A stretch of DNA of 64,000 bases from Azolla caroliniana (lineage: Eukaryota; Plantae; Polypodiophyta), in NCBI GenBank assembly GCA_043228905.1, contig JBHGNT010000120.1, positions 1-64,000 on the forward strand, written 5' to 3'. Positions within the stretch are counted from its first letter, which is position 1. Every line of letters begins with the position of its first letter. Below the pieces are notes generated by a model. The model searched no databases. It was given only the letters and a program-made list of their open reading frames with translations, and was not told the DNA's origin. This document shows, in pieces, positions 63,771 to 64,000 of this stretch. Position numbers and translations under genes: made by a program.

Positions 63771-64000
63771 ATTAGGATTAGGTTCCGCTTCTCGAGAATC
63801 GGAATACAACGAGACTGTTGCGCAATCAATACATGCGTGGATCCCTTGGGGAAGGGATAACATCGCGTATTTGAACGTAATCATCGATCACGACGATGCC
63901 GTTCACATATTTCTGATGCGCATTCGCTCGAGGGAACATATGAACAATGCCTTTCTTGCTTACGCTCGCCGTGCTCCTGTCTGGCCTGGTTTGAATACAA

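Larger units (their letters stand above)
1..64000 (+). repeat. Tandem array of a ~1185-bp unit carrying tRNA-Arg(TCG) + tRNA-Arg(ACG); 54 full units + 39 bp, extends beyond both window ends
   Basis: ACGCTCGCCGTGCTCC recurs at 1, 1186, 2371 ... 14221, 15378 (unit 13 = 1157 bp), 16563, 17748, 18932 (unit 16 = 1184 bp) ... 62777, 63962; the identical ORF in the track recurs with the same period. Confidence 0.99.

Noticed and set aside
1-64000. Rolling-circle or concatemer sequencing artefact
   Set aside because: Shared variants occur in ordered multi-unit blocks, which copying a single circle would not give; raw-read confirmation is still advisable

Overview
The whole 64-kb window is one head-to-tail tandem array of a ~1185-bp unit: 54 complete units plus 39 bp, with both array ends outside the window. 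Each unit carries two intronless, CCA-less eukaryotic-type tRNA-Arg genes on the + strand: anticodon TCG (unit offset 573-645) and anticodon ACG (offset 922-994), giving 108 tRNA genes. The two genes differ at only 6 of 73 positions, including a compensatory pair in the anticodon stem, so one probably arose from the other by duplication and anticodon shift. Neither gene has a normal oligo-T Pol III terminator immediately downstream. Units are nearly identical, but the variants I could read by eye form contiguous, partly concentric haplotype blocks. One unit has a 28-bp deletion and one a 1-bp deletion. No protein-coding gene is supported; the ORF track only reflects the repeat. The organism cannot be determined. 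The ACG gene body resembles plant-type cytosolic tRNA-Arg(ACG) as I recall it, which needs a database check.
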